Assembly (NCBI RefSeq): GCF_018350175.1 | Contig: NC_058369.1 | Location: 19,842,001 to 19,906,000, forward strand | Source: Felis catus | Taxonomy: Eukaryota | Direction: 5' to 3' | DNA length: 64,000 nucleotides | In this document: positions 40,014 to 53,514 of the stretch, one piece after another | How the letters are laid out: each line of letters starts with the position of its first letter | Numbering within the stretch: position 1 is the stretch's first letter | Made by a program: the position numbers and the translations under genes | The notes under the pieces: generated by a model | Databases searched by the model: none | What the model was told of the DNA's origin: nothing | What the model saw: only the letters and a program-made list of their open reading frames with translations

Positions 40014-40492
40014 CAGTTCTAGCAGTTTTTGGTGGAATCTTTCAGCTTTTCTATGTAGAGTATCATGTCATCTGCAAAGAGGGAAAGTTTGACTTCTTTG
40101 CCAGTTTGAATGCCTTTTCTTTTTGTTGTCTGATTGCTGAGGCTAGGACTTCAAGTACTATGTTGAACAGCAGTGGTGAGAGTGGACATCCCTATCATGT
40201 TCCTGTCTGAGGGAGAAAGCTTTTAGTTTTTCCCCACTGAGGATGATATTAGCTGTGGGTCTTTCATAATGGCCTTTTTGATGTTGAGATATGTTCATTC
40301 TATTCCTGCTTTCTTGAGGGTTTTTATCAAGAAAGGATGCTGTATTTTTTCCACGCTTTTTTTGTATCTATTGAGGATCATACAGTTCTTATCTTTTCCT
40401 TTATTAATGTGATGTATCATGTTGATTGATTGCAAATATTGAACCAGCCCTGCAGCCCAGGAATAAATCCCACCTGATCATGGTGAATAATT

Positions 40493-40708
40493 TTTTTTAA
40501 ATATTTTTTAAATGTTTATTTATTTTTGAGAGACAGAACGTGAGTGGGGGAGGAGCAGAGAGAGAGGGAGACACAGAATCCAAAGCAGGCTCCATCCAGG
40601 CTCTGAGCTGTCAGCATAGAGCCCGATGTGGAGCCCGAACTCATGAACCGTGAGATCATGACCTGAGCCAGGTCAGATGCTTAACCAACTGAGGCACCCA
40701 GGCGTCCC
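40493..40708 (-). mobile_element. CanSINE
   Basis: SINE body; TSD aataatt(t/c)ttt. Confidence 0.92.
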
Positions 40709-41888
40709 AATAATTCTTTTAATATACTGTTGGATTTGATTTGCTAGGATCTTGTTGAGAATTTTTGCATCCAGGTTCATCAGGGATATTGGCATGTAAT
40801 TCTCCTTTTTAGTGGGATCTTTGTCTGGTTTTGGAATCAAGGTAATGCTGGCTTCATAGGATGAGTTTGGAAGCTTTAATTCCATTTCTATTTTTTGGAA
40901 AAGTTTGAGATGAATGGTTATTAATTCTTTAAATGTCTGATAGAATTACCCAAGGAAGTCATTGGCCCAACACTCTTGATTATTGGGAGATTTTGATAAA
41001 TGATTTAATTTCTTTGCTAGTTATTGGCCTGTCCAAATTTTCTATTTCTTCCTGTTTCAGTTTTGGTAGTGTGTGAGTTTCTAGGTATTTGTCCATGTCT
41101 TCCATATTGCCCAGTTCGTTGGCATATAATTTTCATAGTATTCTCCTATAATTGTTTGTATTTTTGTGGTGTTGGTTGTGATCTCTCCCATTTGTGATTT
41201 TATCTATTTTGGTCCTCTCTCTTCTTTTTGATGAGTCTGGCTAGGGGGCTATCAATTTTGTTTATTCTTTCAAAAAAACCAGCACTTAGTTTCATTGATC
41301 TGTTCTACTGGTTTTTTGTTTGTTTGTTTCTGTATCATTTATTTCTGCTCTAATCTTTATTATTTTCCTTATTCTGCTGGCTTTAGGCTTTATTTGTGGC
41401 TCCTTTTCTAGCTCCTTGAGGTGTAAGGTTTAGTTGTGTACTTGGGACCCTTCTTACTTTTTGAGGTAAGGACTTTTTGAGCTTAGGACTAACTTTGCTG
41501 CATCCCAAAGGGTTTGTACTTTCGTGTTTTCATTTTCATTTGCTTCCATGCATTTTTTATTGTTTTCCTAATTTCCTAGTTAACCCATTCATTCTTCACT
41601 AGGATGGTCTTTAACCTCCATATATTTGAGGGCTTTGCAAATTTTTTTCTTGGGGTTTATTTCAAGTTTCATAGCATTGTGATCTGAAAATATGCCTGGT
41701 ATGATCTTGATCTTTTTGCACCTTTAGGATTGGCCGATTTGTGACCCAGTGTGTGATCTATTCTAGAGAATGTTCCATGTGATGTGCACTCGAGAAGAAT
41801 GTGTATTCTGCTACTTCAGAATGAAATGTTCTGAATATATCTGTTAAGTCCATCTGGTTCAATGTGTCATTTAAAGCTATTGTTTCCA

Positions 41889-42110
41889 GGGGCGCCTGGG
41901 TGGCGCAGTCGGTTAAGCATCCGACTTCAGCCAGGTCATGATCTCACGGTCCGTGAGTTCGAGCCCCGCATCAGGCTCTGGGTTGATGGCTCAGAGCCTG
42001 GAGCCTGTTTCTGATTCTGTGTCTCCCTCTCTGTCTGCCCCTCCCCCGTTCATGCTCTGTCTCTCTCTGTCCCAAAAATAAATAAACGTTGAAAAAAAAA
42101 TAAAAAAAAA
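41889..42110 (+). mobile_element. young feline CanSINE (SINEC_Fc-like)
   Basis: ggggcgcctgggtggcgcagtcggttaag...gtcccaaaaataaataaacgttg; 17-bp TSD taaagctattgtttcca at 41872-41888 and 42111-42127. Confidence 0.97.
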
Positions 42111-43078
42111 TAAAGCTATTGTTTCCATGTTGATTTTCTGCTTAGATGATCTGCTCATTGCAGTCAGTTGGGTATTAAAGTCTCCTATTATTATGGTACT
42201 ATTATCAATGTGTTTCTTTATATTTGTGATTGATTTGTATATCTGGCTTCTTTCAAGTTGGGGGCATAAATGCTTACAGTTGTTAGATCTTCTTGGTGGA
42301 TAGATCCCTTAATTATGATAGGATGCTCTTCATCATCTCTTGTTACAGGCTTTGTTTTATTTTTTTATTTTTTTCTTTAAATTTAACTTAATTTTTTTTA
42401 ATTTAAATCCAAATTAGTTAGCATATATGATTTCATAGTGCATCAATGATTTCAGGAGTAGATTCCTTAGTGCCCCTTACCCATTTAGTCCATCCCTCCT
42501 CCTACAACCCCTACAGTAACCCTGTTTGTTCTCCATATTTAAGAGTCTCTTAGGTTTTGTCCCCCTCCCTCTTTTTATATTATTTTTGTTTCCCTTCCTT
42601 TATGTTCATCTCTTTTGTCTCTTAAAGTCCTCATATGAGTGAAGTCATATGATATTTGTCTTTCTCTGACTGATTTCGCTTAGTATAATACCCTCTAGCT
42701 CCATCCACATAGTTGCAAATGGCAAGATTTCTTACTTTTTGATTGCCGAGTAATGCTCCATTGTATATATATATACCACATCTTTTTTTAGCTTAAAATT
42801 GACATATAATTTTATTTTATTTTTTCTTTTCTTTTAACGTTTATTAATTTTTTTAATATATGAAATTTATTGTCAAATTGGTTTCCATACAACACCCAGT
42901 GCTCATCCCAATAGGTGCCCTCCTCAATACCCATCACCCACCCTCCCCTCCCTCCCACCCCCCATCAACCCTCAGTTTGTTCTCAGTTTTTAACAGTCTC
43001 TTATGCTTTGGCTCTCTCCCACTCTAACCTCTTTTTTTTTTTTTCCTTCTCCTCCCCCATGGGTTTCTGTTAAGTTTC

Positions 43079-46000
43079 TCAGGATCCACATAAGAGTGAA
43101 ACCATATGGTATCTGTCTTTCTCTGTATGGCTTATTTCACTTAGCATCACACTTTCCAGTTCCATTAAACTGTTGCTACAAGGGGCCATATTTCGTTCTT
43201 TCTCATTGCCATGTAGTACTCCATTGTGTATATAAACCACAATTTCTTTATCCATTCATCAGTTGATGGGCATTTAGGCTCTTTCCATAATTTGGCTATT
43301 GTTGAGAGTGCTGCTATGAACATTGGGGTCCAAGTGGCCCTATGCATCAGTACTCCTGTATCCCTTGGATAAATTCCTAGCAGTGCTATTGCTGGGTCAT
43401 AGGGTAGGTCTATTTTTAATTTTCTGAGGAACCTCCACACTGCTTTCCAGAGCGGCTGCACCAATTTGCATTCCCACCAACAGTGCAAGAGGGTTCCCGT
43501 TTCTCCACATCCTCTCCAGCATCTATAGTCTCCTGATTTGTTCATTTTGGCCACTCTGACTGGCGTGAGGTGATATCTGAGTGTGGTTTTGATTTGCATT
43601 TCCCTGATAAGGAGTGACGTTGAACATCTTTTCATGTACCTGTTGGCCATCCGGATGTCTTCTTTAGAGAAGTGTCTATTCATGTTTTCTGCCCATTTCT
43701 TCATTGGGTTATTTGTTTTTCGGGTGTGGAGTTTGGTGAGTTCTTTATAGAGTTTGGATACTAGCCCTTTGTCTGATATGTCATTTGCAAATATCTTTTC
43801 CCATTCCGTTGGTTGCCTTTTAGTTTTGCTGGTTGTTTCCTTTGCTGTGCAGAAGCTTTTTATCTTCATAAGGTCCCAGTAATTCACTTTTGCTTTTAAT
43901 TCCCTTGCCTTTGGGGATGTGTCGAGTAAGAGATTGCTACGGCTGAGGTCAGAGAGGTCTTTTCCTGCTTTCTCCTCTAAGGTTTTGATGGTTTCCTGTC
44001 TCACATTTAGGTCCTTTATCCATTTTGAGTTTATTTTTGTGAATGGTGTGAGAAAGTGGTCTAGTTTCAACCTTCTGCATGTTGCTGTCCAGTTCTCCCA
44101 GCACCATTTGTTAAAGAGGCTGTCTTTTTTCCATTGGATGTTCTTTCCTGCTTTGTCAAAGATGAATTGGCCATACGTTTGTGGGTCTAGTTCTGGGGTT
44201 TCTATTCTATTCCATTGGTCTATGTGTCTGTTTTTGTGCCAATACCATGCTGTCTTGATGATGACAGCTTTGTAGTAGAGGCTAAAGGCTGGGATTGTGA
44301 TGCCTCCTGCTTTGGTCTTCTTCTTCAAAATTCCTTTGGCTATTCGGGGCCTTTTGTGGTTCCATATGAATTTTAGGATTGCTTGTTCTAGTTTCGAGAA
44401 GAATGCTGGTGCAATTTTGATTGGGATTGCATTGAATGTGTAGATAGCTTTGGGTAGTATTGACATTTTGACAATATTTATTTTTCCAATCCATGAGCAG
44501 GGAATGTCTTTCCATTTCTTTAAATCTTCTTCAATGTCCTTCATAAGCTTTCTATAGTTTTCAGCATACAGATCCTTTACATCTTTGGTTAGATTTATTC
44601 CTAGGTATTTTATGCTTCTTGGTGCAATTGTGAATGGGATCAGTTTCTTTATTTGTCTTTCTGTTGCTTCATTGTTAGTGTATAAGAATGCAACTGATTT
44701 CTGTACATTGATTTTGTATCCTGCGACTTTGCTGAATTCCTGTATCAGTTCTAGCAGACTTTTGGTGGAGTCTATCGGATTTTCCATGTATAATATCATG
44801 TCATCTGCAAAAAGCGAAAGCTTGACTTCATCTTTGCCAATTTTGATGCCTTTGATTTCCTTTTGTTGTCTGATTGCTGATGCTGGAACTTCCAACACTA
44901 TGTTAAACAGCAGCGGTGAGAGTGGGCATCCTTGTCGTGTTCCTGATCTCAGGGAAAAAGCTCTCAGTTTTTCCCCGTTGAGGATGATGTTAGCTGTGGG
45001 CTTTTCATAAATGGCTTTTATGATCTTTAAGTATGTTCCTTCTATCCCGACTTTCTCAAGGGTTTTTATTAAGAAAGGGTGCTGGATTTTGTCAAAGGCC
45101 TTTTCTGCATCGATTGACAGGATCATATGGTTCTTCTCTTTTTTTTGTTAATGTGATGTATCACATTGATTGATTTGCGAATGTTGAACCAGCCCTGCAT
45201 CCCAGGAATGAATCCCACTTGATCATGGTGAATAATTCTTTTTATATGCCGTTGAATTCGATTTGCTAGTATCTTATTGAGAATTTTTGCATCCATATTC
45301 ATCAGGGATATTGGCCTGTAGTTCTCTTTTTTTACTGGGTCTCTGTCTGGTTTAGGAATCAAAGTATTACTGGCTTCATAGAATGAGTCTGGAAGTTTTC
45401 CTTCCCTTTCTATTTCTTGGAATAGCTTGAGAAGGATAGATATTGTCTCTGCTTTAAACGTCTGGTAGAACTCCCCTGGGAAGCCATCTGGTCCTGGACT
45501 CTTATTTGTTGGGAGATTTTTGATAACCGATTCAATGTCTTCGCTGGTTATGGGTCTGTTCAAGCTTTCTATTTCCTCCTGATTGAGTTTTGGAAGAGTG
45601 TGGGTGTTCAGGAATTTGTCCATTTCTTCCAGGTTGTCCAATTTGTTGGCATATAATTTTTCATAGTATTCCCTGATAATTGTTTGTATCTCTGAGGGAT
45701 TGGTTGTAATAATTCCATTTTCATTCATGATTTTATCTATTTGGGTCATCTCCCTTTTCTTTTTGAGAAGCCTGGCTAGAGGTTTGCCAATTTTGTTTAT
45801 TTTTTCAAAAAACCAACTCTTGGTTTCGTTGATCTGCTTTACAGTTTTTTAGATTCTATATTGTTTATTTCTGCTCTGATCTTTATTATTTCTCTTCTTC
45901 TACTGGGTTTAGGCTGCCTTTGCTGTTCTGCTTCTAGTTCCTTTAGGTGTGCTGTTAGATTTTGTATTTGGGATTTTTCTTGTTTCTTGAGATAGGCCTG

Positions 46001-46903
46001 GATTGCAATGTATTTTCCTCTCAGGACTGCCTTTGCTGCATCCCAAAGCGTTTGGATTGTTGTATTTTCATTTTCGTTTGTTTCCATATATTTTTTAATT
46101 TCTTCTCTAATTGCCTGGTTGACCCACTCATTCGTTAGTAGGGTGTTCTTTAACCTCCATGCTTTTGGAGGTTTTCCAGACTTTTTCCTGTGGTTGATTT
46201 CAAGCTTGATAGCATTGTGGTCTGAAAGTATGCATGGTATAATTTCAATTCTTGTAAACTTATGAAGGGCTGTTTTGTGACCCAGTATATGATCTATCTT
46301 GGAGAATGTTGCATGTGCACTGGAGAAGAAAGTATATTCTGTTGCTTTGGGATGCAGAGTTCTAAATATATCTGTCAAGTCCATCTGATCCAATGTGTCA
46401 TTCAGGGCCCCTGTTTCTTTATTGACTGTGTGTCTAGATGATCCAACCATTTCTGTAAGTGGAGTGTTAAAGTCCCCTGCAATTACCACATTCTTCTCAA
46501 TAAGGTTGCTTATGTTTATGAGTAATTGTTTTATATATTTGGGGGCTCCGGTATTCGGCGCATAGACATTTATAATTGTTAGCTCTTCCTGATGGATACA
46601 CCCTGTAATTATTATATAATGCCCTTCTCCATCTCTTGTTACAACCTTTAATTTAAAGTCTAGTTTGTCTGATATAAGTATGGCTACTCCAGCTTTCTTT
46701 TGGCTTCCAGTCGCATGATAAATAGTTCTCCATCCCCTCACTCTCAATCTAAAGGTGTCCTCAGATCTAAAATGAGTCTCTTGTAGGCAGCAAATAGATG
46801 GGTCTTGTTTTTTTATCCATTCTGATACCCTATGTCTTTTGGTTGGTGCATTTAATCCATTTACATTCAGTGTTATTATAGAAAGATATGGGTGTAGAGT
46901 CAT
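43079..46903 (-). pseudogene. ORF2: L1 ORF2p of copy B, disrupted
   Basis: 372, 208 and 653 aa pieces; intact FADD; -1 frameshifts in A-runs near 45845 and 45140; small indel/stop near 43165. Confidence 0.93.
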
Positions 46904-46953
46904 TGTGATGTCTGTATGTTTTATGCTTGTAGCGATGTCTCTGGTACTTTGTC

Positions 46954-47846
46954 TCACATGATCCCCCTTAGGATCTCTTGTAGGGCTGGTTTAGTGGTGA
47001 TGAATTCCTTCAGTTTTTGTTTGTTTGGGAAGACCTTTATCTCTCCTTCTATTCTAAATGACAGACTTGCTGGATAAAGGATTCTCGGCTGCATATTTTT
47101 TCTGTTCATCACATTGAAGATCTCGTGCCAATCCTTTCTAGCCTGCCAAGTTTCAAAAGAGAGATCAGTCACGAGTCTTATAGGTCTCCATTTATAAGTT
47201 AGGGCACATTTATCCCTTGCTGCTTTCAGAATTTTCTCTTTATCCTTGTATTTTGCCAGTTTGCCTATGATACGTCGTGCAGAAGATCGATTCAAGTTAC
47301 GTCTGAAGGGAGTTCTCTGTGCCTCTTGGATTTCAATGCCTTTTTCCTTCCCCAGTTCAGGGAGGTTCTCAGCTATTATTTCTTCAAGTACACCTTCAGC
47401 ACCTTTCCTTCTCTCTTCCTCCTCTGGGATACCAATTATGCGTATATTATTTCTTTTTAGTGTATCACTTAGTTCTCTAATTTTCCCCTCATACTCCTGG
47501 ATTTTCTTATCTCTCTTTTTCTCAGCTTCCTCTTTTTCCATAACTTTATCTTCTAGTTCACCTATTCTCTCCTCTGCCTCTTCAATCCGAGCCGTCGTCG
47601 TTTCCATTTTATTTTGCATTTCGTTTAAAGCGTTTTTCAGCTCCTCCTGACTGTTCCTTAGTCCCTTGATCTCTGCAGCAAGAGATTCTCTGCTGTCCTC
47701 TATACTGTTTTCAAGCCCAGTGATTAATTTTATGACTATTATTCTAAATTCACTTTCTGTTATATTATTTAAATCCTTTTTGATCAGTTCATTGGCTGAT
47801 GTTATTTCCTGGAGATTCTTTGAGGGGAATTCTTCTGTTTGGTGGT
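46954..47846 (-). pseudogene. ORF1: L1 ORF1 of copy B; start codon lost (ATG>ACC) plus a 1-nt deletion
   Basis: sense caaaaccaccaaac vs caaaatgaccaagc in copy A; cctcaaagaatc vs cctcagaagaatc; rest of ORF1 is open. Confidence 0.88.
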
Positions 47847-48778
47847 TTTGGATAGTCCCTGCAGTGGTGGGGACCTGCAGGGCACTTCCCCTGTGCTGTA
47901 GTGTATAACAGGAGTTGGTGGGCGGGGCCGCAGTCAGACCTGATGTCTGCCCCCAGCCCACCCCTGGGGCCACAGTCAGACTGGTGTGTGCCTTCTCTTC
48001 CCCTCTCCTAGGGGTGGGATTCACTGTGGGGTGGCGTGGCCTGTCTGGGCTACTTGCACACTGCCAGGCTTGTGGTGCTGGGGATCTGACATTTTATCTG
48101 GGGTGGGTAGGCAAGGTGCATGGGGGCAGGAGGGGCAGGCTTAGCTTGCTTCTCCTTAGGTGATCCACTTCAGGAGGGGCCCTGTGGCAGCGGGAGGGAG
48201 TCAGACCCGCTGCCGGAGGGGTGGCTCCACAGAAGCACACCGTTGGGTGTTTGCTCGGAGCAAGCAAGTTCCCTGGCAGGAACCGGTTCCCTTTGGGATT
48301 TTGGCTGGGGGATGGGCGAGGGAGATGGTGCTGGCGAGCGCCTTTGTTCCCCACCAAACTGAGCTCTGTCGTCTGGGGGCTCAGCAACTCTCCCTCCCTT
48401 TGTCCTCCAGTCTTCCTGCTTTCTGAGCAGAGCTGTTAACTTATGACCTCCCAGATGCTAAGTCCCGCTTGCTGTTGGAACACACTCCCTCCAGCCCCTC
48501 CGCGTTTGCAAGCCAAACTGGGGGCCTCTGCTTAGCTGGCAGGCTGCCCCTCCGCCCTGGCTCCCTCCCGCCAGTCCGTGCAGCGCGCACCGCCTCGCCG
48601 CCCTTCCTACCCTCTTCCGTGGGCCTCTCGTCTGCACTTGGCTCCGGAGACTCCATTCTGCTAGTCTTCTGGTGGTTTTCTGGGTTAGTTAGGCAGGTGT
48701 AGGTGGAATCTAAATCATCAGCAGGATGCACGGTGAGCCCAATGTCCTCCTAAGCCGCCATCTTCCCTCTCTCCGGCC
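47847..48778 (-). promoter_or_regulatory. L1 5'UTR promoter of copy B with YY1 core AAGATGGCGG
   Basis: CpG-rich; ccgccatctt at 48755-48764. Confidence 0.8.
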
Positions 48779-51700
48779 TATACCACATATTCTTTATGTA
48801 TTCATCCACCAATGGATATTTGGGCTCTTTCCATACTTTGGCTATTGTTGACAGTGCTGCTATATACATTGGGGTGCCTGTGTCCCTTCGAAACAGCACA
48901 CCTGTATCCCTTGGATAAATGCCTGGTAGTGCAATTGCTGGGTCGTAGGGCAGTTCTATTTTTAGTTTTTTGAGGAACCTCTATACTGTTTTCCAGAGTG
49001 GCTGCACCAGTTTGCATTCCCACAAGTAGTGCCAAAGAGATGCTCTTTCTCCATATCCACACCAACGTCTGTTGTTGTCTGAGTTGTTAATGTTAGCCAT
49101 TCTAAGAGGTGTGAAGTGGTATCTCATTGTGTTTTTGATTTGTATTTCCCTGATGATGAGGGATGTTGAGCATTTTTTCATGTGTCGGTTGGCCATCTAG
49201 ATGTCTTCTTTGGAGAAGTGTCTATTCATGTCTTTTGTACGTTTCTTCACTGGATTATTTGTTTTTTGATGTTGAGTTTAATAAGTTGTTTATAGATTTT
49301 GGATACTAACCCTTTATATGATATGTCATCTGCAAATATCTTCTCACATTCTGTTGGTTGCCTTTTAGTTTTGCTGATGGTTTCCTTTGCTGTGCAGAAG
49401 CTTTTTCTTTTGATGAGGTCCCAATAGTTCATTTTTGCTTTTGTTTCACTTGCCTCTGGAGAACTGTTGAGTAAGAAGTTGCTGTGGCCAAGATCAAAGA
49501 GGTTTTTGCCTGCTTTCTCCTTGAGGATTTTGGTGGCTTCCTGTCTTATATTGAGGTCTTTAATCCATTTTGAGTTTATTTTTGTGTATGGTGTATGAAA
49601 GTGGTCCAGTTCATTCTTCTGCATGTCACTGTCCAGTTTTCCCAGCATCACTTGCTGAAGAGACTGTCTTTATTCCATTGGATATTCTTTCCTTCTTTGT
49701 CAGAGATGAGTTGGCCATATGTTTGTGGGTCCATTTCTGGGTTCTCTATTCTGTTCCATTGATCTGAGTGTCTGTTCTTGTACCAGTACCATATTGTCTT
49801 GATGATTAGAGCTTTGTAGTATAGCTTGAAGTCCAGGATTGTGATGCCTCCTGCTTTGGTTTTCTTTTTCAAGATTGCTTTGGCTATTTGGGGTCTTTTC
49901 TGGTTCCATACAAATTTTAGGATTGTTTGTTCTAGCTCTGTGAAGAATGCTGGTATTATTTTGATAGGAATTGCATTGAATATGTAGATTGCTTTGGGTA
50001 GTGTGGACATTTTAACAATATTTGTTCTTCCTATCCAGGAGCATGGAATCTTTTTCCATTTTTTTATGTCGTCTTCAATTTCTTTCATAAGCTTTCTATA
50101 GTTTTCAGTGTATAGACTTTTCTCCTCTTTGGTTAGATTTATTCCTAGGTATTTTATGGTTTTTTGTGCAACTATAAATGGGATCGATTCCTTAATTTCT
50201 CTTTACGTTGCCTCATTGTTGGTGTATAGGAATGCAACCGATTTCTGTGCATTGATTTTATATCCTGCAACTTTGCTGAATTCATGAATCAGTTCTAGCA
50301 GTTTTTTGGTGGAATCACTTGGGTTTCCTATATAGAGTGTCATGTCATCTGTGAAGAGTGAAAGTTTGACCTCCTCCTGGCTGATTTGGATGCCTTTTAT
50401 TTCTTTTTGTTGTCTGATTACAGAGGCTAAGACTTTCAATACTATGTTGAATAACAGTGGTGAGAGTGGACATCTCTGTGTCTTTCCTGACCTTAAGGGG
50501 AAAGCTCTCACTTTTTCCCCATTGAGGATGATATTAGCATTGGGTCGTTCATGTATGGCTTTTATGATCTTGAGGTATGATCCTTCTATCCCTACTTTCT
50601 TGAGGGTTTTTTGTCAAGAAAGGATGCTGTATTTTGTCAAATTCTTTCTCTGCATCTTGAGAGGATCTTATGGTTCTTGTCCTTTCTTTTATTGATGTGA
50701 TGAATCACATTAATTGTTTTGCAGATATGGAACCATCCCTGCATCCCAGGTATGAATCCCACTTGGTTGTGGTGAATAACTTTTTTAATGTATTGTTGGA
50801 TCCAGTTGGCTCATACTTTGTTGAGGATTGGTCTATAGTTCTCCTTTTTAGTGGGGTCTCTGTTTTGGAACCAACGTAATGATGGCCTTATAGAAAGAGT
50901 TTGGAAGTTTTCCTTCCATTTCTGTGTTTTGGAACAGCTTCAAGAGAATAGGTGTTAACTCTTCCTTAAATGTTTGGTACAATTACCCTGGGAAGCCATC
51001 TGGCCCTGGACTCTTGTTTCTTGGGAGATTTTTGATTACTAATTTGATTTTTTTACTGGCTATGGGTCTTTTCAAATTTTCTATTTCTTCCTGTTTCAGT
51101 TTTGGTAGTGCATATGTTTCTAGGAATTTGTCCATTTCTTCTATATTGCCCATTTTATTGGCGTATAATTTCTCATAATATTCTACTACTGTTTTTATTT
51201 CTGCTGTGTTGGTTGTGTTCTCTCCTCTTTCATTCTTGATTTTATTTATTTGGGTCCTTTTTCTTTTTTATCAAGCTGGCTAGTGGTTTATCAATTTTGT
51301 TAATTCTTTCAAAGAACCAGCTTCTGGTTTCATTGATCTGTTCTGTTTTTTTGGTTTCGATAGCATTAATTTCTGTTCTAATCTTTATTATTTCCTGTCT
51401 TCCACTGGTTTGTGGTTATATTTTGTTCTTTTTCCAGCTCTTTAAGGTATAAGGTTATGTTGTATATCTGAGATCTTTCTTCCTTCTTTAGGAAGGCCTG
51501 GATTGCTATATACTTCGGTTTTATGACCACCTTTGCTGCGTCCCAGAGGTTTTGGGTTGTGGTGTTTTCATTTTCATTGGCTTCCATACACTTTTTAATT
51601 TCCTCTTTAACTTCTTGGTTCACCTATTCATTCTTTAGTAGGATGTACTTTAGTCTCCAAGTATTTGTTACCTTTCCAAATTTTTTCTTGTGGTTGATTT

Positions 51701-52534
51701 CGAGTTTCATAGTGTTGCGATCTGAAAATACGTGTGGTATGATCTTGATCTTTTTGTACTTACTGAGGGCTGATTTGTGTCCAAGTATGTGGTCTGTTCT
51801 GGAGAATGTTCCATGTGCACTGGAGAAGAATGTATATTCCGCTGCTTTAGGTTGAAATATTCTGAATATATCTGTTAAGTCCATCTGGTCCAATGTGTCA
51901 TTCAAAGCCATTGTTTCCGTGTTGATTTTTGATTAGGTGATCTGTCCATTGCTGTGAGTGGGGTGTTGAAGTCTCCTACTATTATGGTATTACTATCAAT
52001 GAGTTTCTTTATGTTTGTGATTAATTGATTTATATATTTGGGTTTTCACACATTTGGTGCATAAATATTTACAGATTTTAGGTCTTCTTGGTGGATAGTC
52101 CCCTTAATTATGATATAATGCCCTTCTTCATCTCTTGACACAGTCTTTATTTTAAAGTCTAGATTGTCTGATACAAGTATGGCTTCTCCGGCTTTCTTTT
52201 GTTGACCATTAGTATGATGGTTCTCAATCCCCTTACTTTAATCTGAAGGTGTCTTTAGGTCTAAAGTGGGTCTCTTGTAAACAGCATATAGATGGATCTG
52301 TTTTTCTTATCCATTCTGTTTCCCTATGTCTTTTGATTGGAGCATTTAATCTATTGACATTTAGAGTGAGTACTGAAAGATACAAATGTATTGCCATTAT
52401 ATTGCTTGTAGAGTTGGAGTTGCTGGTGGTGTTCTCTGGTCCTTTCTAATCTTTGTTGCTTTTGGTCTGTATGTATGTATGTATGTATGTATGTATGTAT
52501 GTATCTATTTATGTATTCATATTTTCAACTTTTC

Positions 52535-53425
52535 TCCCCTCAGAGAGCGCCCCTCAAAATTTCTTGCAGGGCGGGTTTAATGGTCACAAGCTCCTTTAAT
52601 TTTTGTTTGTCTGGGAAACTTTTAATCTCTTCTTCTATTTTGAATGACAGCCTTGCTGGATAAAGAATTCTTGGCTGCATATTTTTCTGATTCAGCACAT
52701 TGAATATATCCTGCCACTCCTTTCTGGCCTGCCAAGTTTCTGTGGATAGGTCTGCTGCAAACCTGATCTGTCTTCCCTTGTAGGTTAAGGACTTTTTTTT
52801 TTTTTCACTTGCTGCTTTAATGATTCTTTCCTTGCCCTTAGTATTTTGTGAATTTGACTATGATATGCCTTGTTGATGGTCGGTTTTTGTTGAATCTAAT
52901 GGGAGTCCTCTCTGCTTCCTGGATTTTGATGTCTGTGTCTTTCCCCAGGTCAGGAAAGTTTCCTGCTATGATTTGCTCACATAATCCTTCTACCCCTTTT
53001 TCTCTCTCTTCCTCTTCTGGGACCCCTATGATTCTGATGTTCCTTTTTAATGAGTCACTGATTTTTTCTAATTCTTAAATCGTGCTCTTTTGCCTTAGTC
53101 TCCCTCTTTTTTTCTGCTTCATTATTTCCGTAAGTTTGTCCTCTATATTGCTGATTCTCTGCTGTGCCTCATCCATCCTTGCCACCACGGCATCCATTAG
53201 AGATTGCAGCTCAGTTATAGCATTTTTTACTTCATCCTGACTAGCTTTTACTTCTTTTATCTCTGCAGAAAGGGATTCTAATCTATTTTCGACCCTAGCT
53301 AGTATTCTTATTATCGTGATCCTGAATTCTGGTTCAGACATCTTGCTTGTATCTGTGTTGGTTAAGTCCCTGGCTGTTATTTCTTCCTGCTCTTTCTTTT
53401 GGGGTAAATTCCTTCATTTCATCAT
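52535..53425 (-). pseudogene. ORF1: degenerate ORF1 of the level-3 L1
   Basis: EFRITIIRILARVENRLE..coiled coil; antisense of aatatgcagccaagaattctttatccagc. Confidence 0.75.
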
Positions 53426-53511
53426 TTTGAAGGAAGAAAAGGAATTAACGAGGTAGAAAAAAAGATTAAAAAAACTAAAATTAAAAAATATTAAAATTAA
53501 AAAATTAAAAA

Positions 53512-53514
<3 letters not shown>

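Larger units (their letters stand above)
42782..48778 (-). mobile_element. nest level 4: full-length young felid L1 (copy B)
   Basis: colinear reverse complement of copy A; TSD tataccacat(c/a)tt(t/c)ttt at 42772-42788 and 48779-48795. Confidence 0.96.

Noticed and set aside
30198..42781. Inversion of the spacer by recombination between the inverted L1s
   Set aside because: Each L1 retains its own matching TSD and host halves, and the outer nest TSDs are colinear, so there is no net inversion in this haplotype.
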